Shown in pieces: positions 1 to 12,064 of a stretch of DNA of 64,000 bases. Origin of the DNA: Podarcis tiliguerta (taxonomy: Eukaryota); the NCBI GenBank assembly GCA_965153285.1, contig OZ229121.1; one strand, given 5' to 3'. Position 1 is the first letter of the stretch, and each line of letters starts with the position of its first letter. The translations under genes were made by a program, and so were the position numbers. The notes below the pieces were generated by a model that worked only from the letters and a program-made list of their open reading frames with translations, ran no database searches and was not told where the DNA came from.

Positions 1-2364
1 TCCCATTGGTTTCAATATTACCTAAGATCAGCTAATTTAGTCTGGATCCAACCCACTGATTACCTTAAAAAAACTACCATTTTTTTAAAGACTTCAGATT
101 TTTTTCTTTGTAGCTACACAACCGGTGTTCAAATATTGCCTAAATCCTGGCAATATTTCCTACATAGCCGATATTTTTGGAAATTATGCTGTATAAACAA
201 AGACTACAATTATGAATTAATAATTAATTAATTTCACAATTGGCATTGAACACAAACAAGTTACTTAAAATAAATACTGAAATTAAGCAGCTTCAGTTTG
301 CAAAGCTTCAGACAGAAAAGCCCTCTGAACTCAGTTTAAGGTCTTATTAAGCAATGCTAGGAATTACAGTACAAGGCAGTTGTTGTATCCCAGATAACAC
401 CGTATATGGTGTGTGTCATGTTTCAATACATTAAAAAATTGGCAGGTTCCAGGATTGTTCCATGCTGCTTTTTACACATTTCCTGGTTCCTTAAGTTTAG
501 ATATTTGGCTAGGGGAAAGGACTTGTTCTAGAAATATCGTGATTCATTCAGGGCTCAAAACTATAATTTTTCAAAAAAATGAAATAAGTAACTGTGGGCA
601 GAGATAATCAGCAATAATGCCACAAGGAAAAATTAACACGATGTGCATGTGCAATTGAAGCCTCTCCATCACTGCCTGCAGCAAGCCTTTCTGTTGTCAA
701 GGTAACAGATGAGTATGCTGTTCCATTTTATGGTTATCTCAAACCTAAAAGAGCATCAAAGTCATCAGGATAAGGAAAGGGAATCTTGTATTAAAGGAGA
801 ACTGTTCTAATTAAATTGACTGGGGGATCAGCCCTCAAAGCACTACCCTCACATGAGCTGCATTTACTTGAAACAAATAAGTGGTGATTGCATAGAAGCA
901 GTGTTTTCGCTGGGTTGCCCTCCCATGGACACTTTCAAGCAACACATTTTGAAGCCTTAAGTCACTAGAACAGCGTGTATGTGTAGACATATACATACAC
1001 ACGCAGAAAATGTGCATGCTCCTTCAGCAGGCTATCACTTAACCTGGGATATGTAGTATATATTATCCACACCCATTTTTAACCCCATTTTGCCCTAGTG
1101 ATAGCACAGAAGAAAAATGTATATACTTTCCCAGATGCATAATCGGTTCTCAAAAATCCAACAAATTTCTTAATAATCCAACAAAACAGATCATATATGC
1201 CATATTCGCCTTACAAAAGGGATTCACTTTATGGCAGTAGATCAAAAAACTCTGGGGTAGTTGTCCACCAGTCTTTTCCCACATAAAGTTAAAACCATTT
1301 AAACTGGAAAGCAGGAATGCACCTTTGCCTCCATTCATCATCTGGAATTCCAATAGTCAAATAAAAACTCCAAACGAGTAAGACAGACCCACATCAAAAA
1401 CTGATCCAACTTTTGCTTTTGTTCATGCTAAACTGATACTCTTAGCCAACGAAATACATTTTCCTCAATGCTGTCTGTGTCCATTTCAATGTAAAAAAAC
1501 CCACCAACTATACAGAATATGCAAACAGGGTATTGAGTATACTGACTATCTTCAACTAGTGGGTCAGGATTCACTCCAGAGATACTGCCACCATTTTCTT
1601 TTTGTAACCATTGAACCGAGGGAAACAAAAAGTGAGGAAAATCAGGAAAATTAGATACAAAGAGAGACAGAGATGCGAGTGAGAACACAGAAACACAGAG
1701 ACAAAAATTGAACATAGACCTCATGCTGCAGGTTAAAGGCTGGGAGTCAAGTTGAAGACTACAAATGAAAATATTAAAGACTACTGATCTAGAGTGCAAA
1801 AAAATAAAATTAAAAAAAATAATGAGAAGCATATGGAGATCTGAATGGAAGCGGACTTTTAATACAAATTGCAGGTGGCATCAGTTTAGATTGGTGCATT
1901 GTTAGAAGCTTGGCATTCACAGACTCACGGTTTCAATTCTGATTACCCTGAAGCATTATTTTTTTCCATTCTGAGTTTGCAGTAATAAAACTGGTTTGTC
2001 TAAATACTGCAAAGAACAGAAGAAACAAGCTATGGGAAATATGGATCATAAACATCTTACTGCAAATCCTTTTCTCCTAAGTTATTCTGGTTTTTAGAAA
2101 TGACATTTACTTTGTGATCTGGACAATTTTTTAATCCCCTAACACCTTGCTGGCCAGGACTAATGGGAGTTGTAGTCCAAAACAACTCCCATTGTTTTGG
2201 ACTACCGGGGAGGTGGAGGTAGGGGAAGCATGGCTTTGTTTTTTGCAGTCTTCAGATCATGTGAAAAATGAATATAAGATTTTAGCTGAAGTTCATTCAT
2301 TTTCAGCTTTGTATTCTTGTTATATAAAAAAGTGCGCCTAGACATTCCGTTGTTGTGCCTATAA

Positions 2365-2741
2365 GGGACGCGGGTGGCACTGTGGCCTAAACCACTGAGC
2401 ATCTTGGGCTTGCCAATAGGAAGGTCGGCTGCTCAGATCCCCGCGACGGAGTGAGCTCCCATTGCTCTGTCCCAGCTCCTGTCAACCTAGCAGTTTGAAA
2501 GCACACCAGTGCAAGTAGATAAATAGGTACTGCTGCGGTGGGAAGGTAAACAGTGTTTCCGTATGCTCTAGCTTCTGTCACCGTGTTCTGTTGCGCCAGT
2601 GGCGGTTTAGTCATGCTGGCCACATGTCCTGGAAAGCTGTCTGTGGACAAACACCAGCTCCCTCGGCCTGAAAGCAAGATGAGTGCTGCAACCCCATAGT
2701 CGCATTTGACTGGACTTAACCATCCAGGGGTCCTTTACCTT
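2365..2741 (+). mobile_element. Sauria SINE, full length
   Basis: GGGACGCGGGTGGCACTGTGG tRNA-like head, central AAGTAGATAAATAGGTAC, ACCTTT tail. Degenerate TSD TTGTGCCTATAA (2353-2364) / TTGTGCCCATGA (2742-2753). Confidence 0.92.
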
Positions 2742-4992
2742 TTGTGCCCATGACCTAGGTTTAGCTCCTAATTCTAACACTGGTGCAGCCCCCCAGGAAA
2801 TCTTCCAAAGCAAGCCCTGCTGAAATGAACAGGACCTTTGCAAAAATGCAGATGTGTTCTCCCTAGCTCTGAAGAGGGTCAACACAGATCAATGTCTCAG
2901 CGGATTGTGTCTACTGGCAGCGCCGGTAACGGAACCTAAGTCTATCTTCAGCATATTGGTATCACATCACTTGCACATAAACGAACAATTAGAAAGCAGC
3001 AAAGAGGGTTATTGAAAAAGCTTTTGTACTGTCGTGAAAGCTGCCAGGTTGTTGTTTTTTTAAAAAAGGAAATATTTCAAATAGAATATATGCTACAGAT
3101 CCCCAAGTGCTAGAGTAGTGCTTTCTTATTTTTATAGTGTAGATTTAACTCAACAGCACTGCAGGCAGAATTCAGTTTTGGCTGACTTGGGTTTCCACCC
3201 CCACTTCCTCCCCCCCCCCCATGACAGTTCTGTATTCTTGCTCTCCTTCCTGGGAGCACAGCGAACTGCATCCAGGCAAGATGTAAAGCTACCTACAGTA
3301 AGCAAAGGAATGTTTATCCTCTAAAAGCTCATACCGAATGTATTGCATTACATTTAATCACATCAGTGCCTCAAAAATCAGACAGCTTTCTATTCCTAGT
3401 AGTTTAGCTTCCTAATGCCTCCAAATATGGTAGTCAAGGCAAAACAGGATGTGATACAAGCCAAAAGTAGGGGTTTATCTGGGATATCTGCCTAACTGGT
3501 ATGGCAGCACCAGCTGTAAATATAATTCAGGAAAAAAATAATGATGATTAGGCAGCAAACAGAAGGTCACAGATGCGCATGGGAACATCAGCTGTATAAG
3601 CAAAATATTTTTATCGGGCTCAGAACGCTGTTTTTAAAATCATGCTTCAAAGAGATTGTGTGGCAGTGTGAGGAAAATAAGCACCCATAGTTGTAAATCA
3701 CTGAATGGATTTGTTTACTTTTTGTTGTTTTTTGTTGTTGAGCATATTGTACAATCCCATTATTTTCAGGGGAAAGATATGTGTATTTGTCATGCTTCTG
3801 CCTACAACCAAAGTAAACAGCAAAATGCCAAAGAACTGTTGTGTTCATATGATAAGGTTAAATCAATGTTTAAGTTCGCCTCCAGGTTCTGAAGGGGTAA
3901 CAACACAATGAAACTAAAAATTATGGTCATGTTCTAAGCAAACACGTTTAAATCCCATTGATTTCAACATGTTTTTAAATCTCTGCCACTAAAACTCAAT
4001 TCTACCTATCTTCATAAGCCAGTCCAGGATTTTCAGCCTAGAACAGTGGTCCATTCATTTCAGAACTTACCCTTTCACATTAATAATAACAACAATAATA
4101 ATAATGTAATTATTTATACCCCGTCCATCCATGCTTTCCATGTATTCAAAATAAATGATCTTAAAATTAAGAATAAAGGTCAAAATATATTGCTATACTT
4201 CATAACTTTCAGTATATACATGCTTAGCGGAGAACTGGTCTCCACCCAAATAAAGGTAAATCATCTATTATAAACATAAAAAATGAAATAAATGGCTTAC
4301 ACCTCTTGCTTATGTTGGGCACCCTCCTGTTCTTTGTCAGGGCAGGGAGGGGTGTGCAGGCACAGATAAAAAGCCTTTTGTGAACAACAGATCAGGGAGA
4401 AAACAATGGGTCACATCCAGTGGGAGATTTGCCTTAGCGGAAAGTGCTTGCATAAGTCCCATCATCCATTTTCTGTCCGTTTCCCCCAACCCACTTTAGC
4501 CCCCTTTCTCCTCCATGAAAAGCTGCCACTGAGGGTTGGGAGACCCTCTGGAATAAAACTGGCATGGAGGGCACAGGCAAGATCCAAAATTTCTATGAGT
4601 GCTTCTGGCTTAAGTTTCAACAACCCAAACTGGTCATGAAATGCACAGGCTTCACTGGGGGGAAACCAGTTCCATTTGCAATGAGTTTCCATCTCCTGGT
4701 ACTATTGCAACACTGAATCAGCTAAAAGGGCACTGGAACCTCTTTTTTACCACAAGTCAGAGGGACCGTGTGAGATCAGAACCACTGAGGTGCTTTTAAA
4801 CCTTACCTCCCAAGCCTAGGACTCAGGCTGCTGCCTGAGGGAAGGGACTGTTTGAGAACCAACCAATGTGAGTTTTCATAACTTCTCAAGCCCACACACA
4901 GCCTGGGACCACTGTAAGGAGTTCAAACCTGGTGCTCCCAAGACCTGGGTCAACAAGGTCCTGCACTGTCCTGCACTTTAAGAGTTCTAAAA

Positions 4993-5128
4993 CAGTGTTT
5001 CCCAAACTTAGGTCTCCACTTGTTTTTGGACTATAATTCCCATCACCCCTGACCACTGGTCCTGCTAGCTAGGGATGATGGGAGTTGTAATCCAACAACA
5101 GCCGCAGACCCAAGTTTGAGAAACACTG
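4993..5128. mobile_element. hAT-type palindromic MITE
   Basis: TIR CAGTGTTTCCCAAACTT / AAGTTTGAGAAACACTG, internal inverted GGACTATAATTCCCATCA / TGATGGGAGTTGTAATCC. Flanks TTCTAAAA / TTTTAAAG. Confidence 0.85.
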
Positions 5129-6378
5129 TTTTAAAGTGTTAGAATGACGTATACGACCGCAGGTGGGGAAACTGCATTTCTAAATATTTCCTTATGGAAA
5201 GAAAAAATCCCCCGTATAAATAGAAAACTAAACACAGCAGAGAAAGAAGAACTGGCCTGGCGTTTTCATGCTTTCAATGAATTTTCAAAGAGATAAGCAC
5301 AGAGTTGAAGTAGTGGAGCCCTTTCTATTATTCCAGGAGACCAGACTTTAGCAGGACTGAGTTCTAAGGAAACATGCATCAGATTGATCGGCAAGGCAGC
5401 TACAGAGAAACTGCAATACGCCATCATGTTCCAGTCCCAGAGGCAACAAGGACTCCAGTAATTATAGCTCTGCTCTTGGAAACTGTGTAGGCTGCTCTGA
5501 ACAAATGCATCACACCAATCTGAGGGTCACTTCTCACATGACAGATTAAGAGCATCGCTGTGTGTACAAATGAACACACGCTGTCAAAACTCAAGCAGTT
5601 ATGTGCGTCTCTTTCGACAGGTATATATACAAATCGGCCATACACAACGCCTGCCCTGTGTTCTTGCTGCAGAAGTTTTGTGTACCCACTTCAAACATGA
5701 CAGCACGCACCACAAGTGCACTCAGTACTCCCTAAATTCTCTTCCTCCCTAATCTGTGAAGTGGCTCTGATACAATGAGGAAACTTGGTATGGGAAAATT
5801 AAACTCGGTGGGAAGCCAAGCCTGCAGCAAATGGATAAACATTAACCTAGAACTTGGATCTGTTAAAAATTTATGGCCTGAAATAGGAAATAGGGCTTTG
5901 TGAACCATAGGGCTTCAAAGGATCAGAGTATAATCCAGTCCTACAAGCTCCTTGCACGGAGGAATGGAAGTTCATAAGCACATTGTTGGGAGGTAATGGA
6001 GGTTACATACTGGCAGCAGCATGAGAAGTGGATAAGGGCTGTTTATATAAAAGAAGACCAGGCTTCCACAAATTAGCATACAAATTTAATATGTTACTAT
6101 TTCTCAGAGAAGAGATCTCAGTGGAACGCAGCCAACAACATCGGGCTCAAAAGCTGATTAGCTTTTGTTTTAAAAGAAATGCCATTTGTATGCTTTGGTT
6201 TGTCACACAATGGAGGATGAACTGGAGGTGGGGGTGAGGGTGGGAGATTACAATTAATATTTGCATTAGTTTATTTCGCATCTCAACATAAACAAAACAC
6301 ATGAAAGGAGATGTCCACAGAACTCACCATGTTTACAATGGTAGGTTTCACAATTAAACCAACTAGGTGTCGACATAA

Positions 6379-6729
6379 AAAGGTAAAGGACCCTTGACAG
6401 TTAAGTCCAGTTGCAAACGACTCTGGGGTTGCGGCGCTCATCTTGCTTTACTGGGCGAGGGATCCGACGTTTGTCCGCAGACAGGTTTTCCTGGTCATGT
6501 GGCCAGCATGACTAAGCCACTTCTGGCGGAACCAGAGCAGCACACGGAAACACCGTTTACCTTCCCGCAGGAGCGGTACCTATTTATCTACTTGCACTTT
6601 GATGTGCTTTCGAACTGCTTGGTTGGCAGGAGCTGGAACCGAGCAAGAGGAGCTCACCCTGTTGCGGGGATTCAAACTGCCAACCTTCCGATCGGCAAGC
6701 CCTAGGCTCTGTGGTTTAGACCACAGCGC
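6379..6729 (-). mobile_element. Sauria SINE, near full length
   Basis: Reverse complement of the same family: AAAGGTAAAGG tail, GTACCTATTTATCTACTTGCAC core, ends at CCACAGCGC (first ~13 nt of the head missing). Confidence 0.92.
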
Positions 6730-7802
6730 ATGTTTAGCATATTGAATGCAATGGGACTTACTTATGAGTAAACATGCATAGGATTGTGCTGTGAGAAAAA
6801 CAGCTGTCAACAAGTTTTTTTTATAAAAAAAAAGTCAGGATGAATAAATGCAGAGCAAAGGGAGAAGGAGAGAGACACGTATAATTATAGAGAACTCAGA
6901 GAAATAGACATTATGTCAGCCATGATCTCATGGTCCCAATTTTATAAAAACAGTATTTTATTTCAGACATCATAGCGGTTCCTTACACCATTGAATTCTC
7001 CCACCTGCTTGGCAAAACAAGCATGTAAAAAAGCAAGGTCCAAAGGTGGAGCTTCATTTTGGAAGAACGCATTAAGAATGTATCAGTGCTTGATGATTTA
7101 CTAATTATTAATCATTCATTGGTGTTATTGTTTTGAAACCCCATGAATGTTTTTTATTTCATTGCTTTTTCTCACCCAAAGGTACTCTCAAGTCATAATT
7201 CTGCCCCACCATATTATTAGACTGTGTAGGAATCATAAATTATACAGGCCTTGCATTGGAGTACCTTCATTTGCTTCATGATAATTTGCATGCTTGACCA
7301 TCTCTCCAAAAGAAAGAGCTGTCAAAATGTGTTTCACATTCTGGCTTCCAAAAGGAGACACATTGCTATTTATCTTCTTTTAATTTATTTCCCTCACACA
7401 CACTCCCCCCCCCCCCCCCGCTAAGTGCTCTAAAAGTAACTCAGGACAAAAGGCAAAATAAAATATTAAGGAGCTAGTGTTACACTCGCGTTGCACTTAA
7501 AAAAAAAAAAAAAACACACCCTTCACTTTAGGACTTGCCTTGCAAAAAATGTGTGTGTTTTTTAACTGGGTGGAAGTTCATGGGATTTCTGTACTTTTGT
7601 TTCACCTCACAAAAGAGCTGTATTTCTAAAATAAGCACCTGCAAACTATGCACAAACCTGCACCAAATGAAGCGAGGCAATTAGTACGTTTGCAAATTTC
7701 TGATTGCATCCAAAATCAGTCATACTCAGAGAAGACCCACTGAAATTAATGGAGATAATTAACTTGGATTCATTAATTTCAGTGAGTCTACTCTGAAAAG
7801 AA

Positions 7803-8153
7803 GGGACGCGGGTGGCGCTGTGGGTTAAAGCCTCAGTGCCTAGGGCTTGCCGATCGAAAGGTTGGCGGTTCGAATCCCCGCGGCGGGGTGCGCTCCCGCT
7901 GTTCGGTCCCAGCGCCTGCCAACCTAGCAGTTCGAAAGCACCCCTGGGTGCAAGTAGATAAATAGGGATCGCTTACTAGCGGGAAGGTAAACGGCGTTTC
8001 CGTGTGCGGCTCTGGCTCGCCAGAGCAGCGATGTCACGCTGGCCACGTGACCCGGAAGTGTCTTCGGACAGCGCTGGCCCTTGGCCTCTTTGAGTGAGAT
8101 GGGCGCACAACCCTAGAGTCTGTCAAGACTGGCCCGTACGGGCAGGGGTACCT
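7803..8153 (+). mobile_element. Sauria SINE, full length, CpG-rich divergent subfamily
   Basis: GGGACGCGGGTGGCGCTGTGG head, intact B box GGTTCGAATCC. TSD TACTCTGAAAAGAA (7789-7802) / TACTCTGAAAAAAA (8154-8167). Confidence 0.93.
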
Positions 8154-8544
8154 TACTCTGAAAAAAAATTAGTGGGATACAACCCCATGTACTTTTTAAA
8201 AGAGGAACTGATGCACATCATGCTACTAATGGGTCTGAAGACACCATTTTTCTTCTTCTTTGATAAATCCCAGAGCGGCAGCCAACTTTGCTTTTGCTGT
8301 AACAGAAACCGAGGCCCTTGTGAAGCTTTATAGATTTAACAACTTTATGATGGCATAAGCTTTTGTGGGCCAGAGCCACTTCATAAGATGCATGAGCTGA
8401 TGCATGGCCAAGCTACACACTGCATTAAGATGTGTAACTGCATTGAACATATCTGGAGTTGTTGCAGTTCTTTAAATAGCAGGCACTATTAGGATTGAAA
8501 CCGTGGTTGGTAAAAGGGGAGTTATGACTTCTCACCACAACATA

Positions 8545-9059
8545 AGTTAAGAAGAATACTTACAAACTTGAACGTGTGCAGAGGAGGGAGACCAAGCCGG
8601 ACGGGTGGGGTATAAATAATAAAATTATGACGATGGTGATCAAGGGTCTGGAAACCGAGCCTTATGGGGAAGGGTTGAGGGAACTGAGTATGTTTAGCCG
8701 GGGAAGGAGGAGACTGAGAGGAGATATGGTAGCCATCTTCAAAAATCCAAGGGGCTGTCACATGGAAGATGGAGCAAGCTTGTTTTCTCCTGCTCCAGAG
8801 GGTAGGATTCAAGTTACAAGAAATGAGATTCCAATTAAACATCAGGAAGAACTTTCTGGTGGTAAGACCTGTTCTGGTGGTAAGACCTGTGGAACAGGCT
8901 CCCATAAGAGGTGGTGGAGTCTCCTTCATTTGAGGTTTTAAAGTGGAGGTTGGATGGCCACCTGTTATTTATGCTTTAGTTGAGATTTTGGCATTGCAGG
9001 GGGTTGGACTAGATGGCCCTCAGAGCCCCTTCCAACTCTACAATTCTATGAATCTATAA
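8545..9059 (+). mobile_element. CR1 LINE 3' fragment
   Basis: Decayed ORF2 C-terminus (KLERVQRR..K..IKGLETEPYGEGLRELSMFS..RRRLRGDMVAIFK) and 3' end GGTTGGACTAGATGGCCCT..CCCTTCCAAC..ATTCTATGA. Confidence 0.9.
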
Positions 9060-9137
9060 TCCTGACAAAAGTTGCCTCCTTGAGGAGGAGCAAAAGGTAA
9101 GCAGCAAGTCCCTACAGAGCTGAGGAGCCCTATAGAT

Positions 9138-9324
9138 CAGTGGTTCCTATCTGGTAGTCTGCAGACCCTAGGGGGTCTGCATAACCCACCCAGGGGGTCT
9201 GTGTCATCATTCACATAACAAAAACTACCATAGAGATATCAAAAAAAAATCAAAAGTAGGGGGCCCATGCCTTGGATTTTGAAATACAGAGGGTCCTTGG
9301 TACTAAACTAATTGGGAACCAGTG
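9138..9324. mobile_element. hAT (Charlie-like) MITE
   Basis: TIR CAGTGGTTCC / GGAACCAGTG. 8-bp TSD CTATAGAT (9130-9137) / CTATATAT (9325-9332). Confidence 0.78.
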
Positions 9325-9420
9325 CTATATATAATTAATTATGGAAAACCAGACACATATTATTGCACATCTTCAGCATAACTTATAGTTTAATCACAAA
9401 TTGGCAAACTGTGTACTCAG

Positions 9421-9535
9421 GAATGAATCCAACTAAGTCATAATCAGAGTAGATCTGTTGGAATTAATGAACATGATTTACATAGGTCCATTAATTTCAA
9501 TGGGTGTACTTTAAAATTTAGGTGGATTCAACCCC
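9421..9535. repeat. Unclassified ~115-bp palindromic interspersed repeat; a second copy at 7702-8186 is split by a SINE
   Basis: TGAATCCAACTAA..CAGAGTAGA..TTGGAATTAATG / CATTAATTTCAATGGGTGTACT..TTAGGTGGATTCA. Confidence 0.65.
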
Positions 9536-10719
9536 ATTAGTACAGAAAGGGAAAGATCTCACACTGGGACATGTTTGGTTGTGAGACCAACCACCAAGCC
9601 ATATAAGAGAAAGCAAGTACATCGCAGTACTAGCATGTGGTGCACAAATCAATACAGAAACCAATCAAATGAATAAGATCCAATCAGCAGGACCCACTCC
9701 TGAGACTAGCAGCAACTAGAACTGAACAGCACAGCAAGATCAATAGTGGAAACTAACACCTAAAGGGGGACAGTTACTTTCTGCAGTGAGCTAGGATCAA
9801 ATTCTAAAGAATGAAATTTACCAATGACTTCCAACACAGTGGCTTCGTGTTGGGAGTCTTCCTTTCAACGGGTTCCATGCTGGTGAAGTTATGTACCTGC
9901 ACTGGTGTAACATAAACATGGCATGTAAATTCTGTTAAAATAATGTCGCTTTAAAACCCCAATCTTTTGGTCTCTTGCCCAAGGGGTTTGCCTCACTGGG
10001 ATTCTAAGGAATGTTTCACTCAAAAGGACATACTACATGGATGGGACCACCAAAGAAAAGATCCTGACCCTTGTGAATACCCACCTGATAGATCTTACCA
10101 CCAGTAGGCACCTGGGAAGATTTCAGTGGTTCTATATAGCACCGGAAAGACTTGGGGCGCTTTTCCTGAAACTCCCTTCCCCAAGAGGCCTGAACGGTGC
10201 AAGAAATCTCCTCTGTTCAAGGCTAGCTGGAGCACTGAACAAGAGCACTCCTTTTAGGTGTCAGGATACTAGGCAACTTTTTGTCACGGGTCCCACTTTA
10301 ATTCAGTAGCCATTATCTGATTCAAGTATCTGCTACCAGTAATGGCCAGATACAACAGAAGATGGTGAGAACCCCTGTTTGCAGCGTTAACCTGCAATCT
10401 GTGAAACTGCCAGTATCAGTTTCATAGTGTTGTGATAGCTTACAACCTCATAGGGTTCTGTACCTGTGCCAGCATTAACTAAAACATAAGCAGCATTGTA
10501 ATTCTTCCTCCAGAACTATATAAAACTTGCATGACTGCACAGCTTGCGGAACCAATGGGAAGAACAGCTGCAGAAGTTAATTTTGACTGTAGAAGTTTCT
10601 TGGTTACAGCAATGATGGTATTGCTAAGCAAAACTCCCTCTTCTACAAGCAAAGTCACAAAGCCAAGCACAAAGCAGCCTATCTTTTTAATTAGGGTGAA
10701 GATGCACTCTTGGGACCTG

Positions 10720-11303
10720 CGCTCTACATGGGGCTGCCCTTGAAGAGAGTCTGGGGGCTGCAGCCGGTGCAGAATGCAGCTGCTGAGTTTGTACATGGGG
10801 CAGCCCAGTGAGACCGTGTGTCACCAGTCCTGAAAGTGCTATGCTGATTGCCAGTGAGCTACCAGACCCAATTCAAGGCGTTAGTACAAGCATATAGAGC
10901 TCTAAATGGCTTAAGTACTTAAAATAACACCTTCCACAATATCAGTCACCTCAGACCCTATGATCTGCAGATGAGGACTTGGTGGTGGTACCACCACCTG
11001 GTTAGCATTGCCCTGTGACAGGGCCCTTTCAGTGACAGTTACCTCCTTGTGGAATGCCACCTGTCTCCATTATTAAAAACTTTTAGGAGGAATTTGAAAA
11101 CATTCCTGCTTACCCAGGCATTTGATGGCTGAAAGATACTGTTACTGGCAACACAGAAATCACTGGATGGAGTAGTACTTTTAACTGAAACTGTTTTTAG
11201 AATGTTTAAACTATTTTAGATTTTATTTTTTTAAAAAATTATTAATTGTGGATGTGCTTGCCACGCAAAAGGCAGGATGTAAATTCAATATATAATAAAT
11301 AAT
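10720..11303 (+). mobile_element. L2-clade LINE 3' fragment
   Basis: Decayed ORF2 end (ALYMGLPLKRVWGLQPVQNAAA..VSPVLK.L..LPVSYQTQFK....RALNGL..LWNA..FRRNLKTFLLTQAF) followed by an AT-rich 3' UTR and AATAAATAAT tail. Confidence 0.82.
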
Positions 11304-11796
11304 AGGTGCATCAGAGAAATCCAGTAAACATGAATGCCTGAGCAAGCAGAACACAGTTCCTCTGGAAGGCAGTTATAAATGACTCAGCAGTGCTTAGCTT
11401 TTTATTAAACAGTTCATTTACTTAAATTAATAATCTTTACACTTGCTGTTCAATAACCACATGCTGGATGCAATAGCCAGATGATCAGTCACTCTCTGGG
11501 GTGAAAGTAATTTTCAAATATATTACTGGAGGAATCTAGCCAGTGCAGATATAATGGCTAACATTTGTTAAGGACTCGACCATTGGACTGTGACCCTGCC
11601 TGCTTTTGCATATGACTTCCCTCACACCTCCCCAGATTTGGTTCTGAGTTGTGTTCTAGAAGCACTTAACCATTAGTTACTGTGCCATCAGGCAGAGTTG
11701 GCAGATGCAACCCCAAAACATGGGGATGTGGTGAATGAAGGCAGAGGAGTATCTAGAGAGGCGAGTGCTCAGTCTCAAAAATATGGTTAATTATTA

Positions 11797-12010
11797 CCGT
11801 ATTGGCCCAAATATAATCCACACCCAAATATAAGCCACACCTTTAAAATTCCGCAGGCACTCACACCTGTTCCGTTTTACCGAGTGTCTGTTTCAGCAGC
11901 GATATTGTAAAAGCCAATTTTTGTAAGGTTACAAATTTAAGCCACACTTAAACTTTTCACAGTCGGAATTTGGTGGAAAAGTGAGGCTTATATTCAGGCC
12001 AATATTCAGG
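11797..12010. mobile_element. Tc1/mariner-superfamily (pogo/Tc2-like) MITE
   Basis: TA|CCGTATTGGCCCAAATATAA ... TTATATTCAGGCCAATATTCAGG|TA, with repeated subterminal AAATATAAGCCACAC motifs. Confidence 0.75.
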
Positions 12011-12025
12011 TATATCTGCAAAGGC

Positions 12026-12027
<2 letters not shown>

Positions 12028-12061
<34 letters not shown>
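12028..12061. repeat. (AT)17 microsatellite
   Basis: Read directly. Confidence 0.95.
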
Positions 12062-12064
<3 letters not shown>

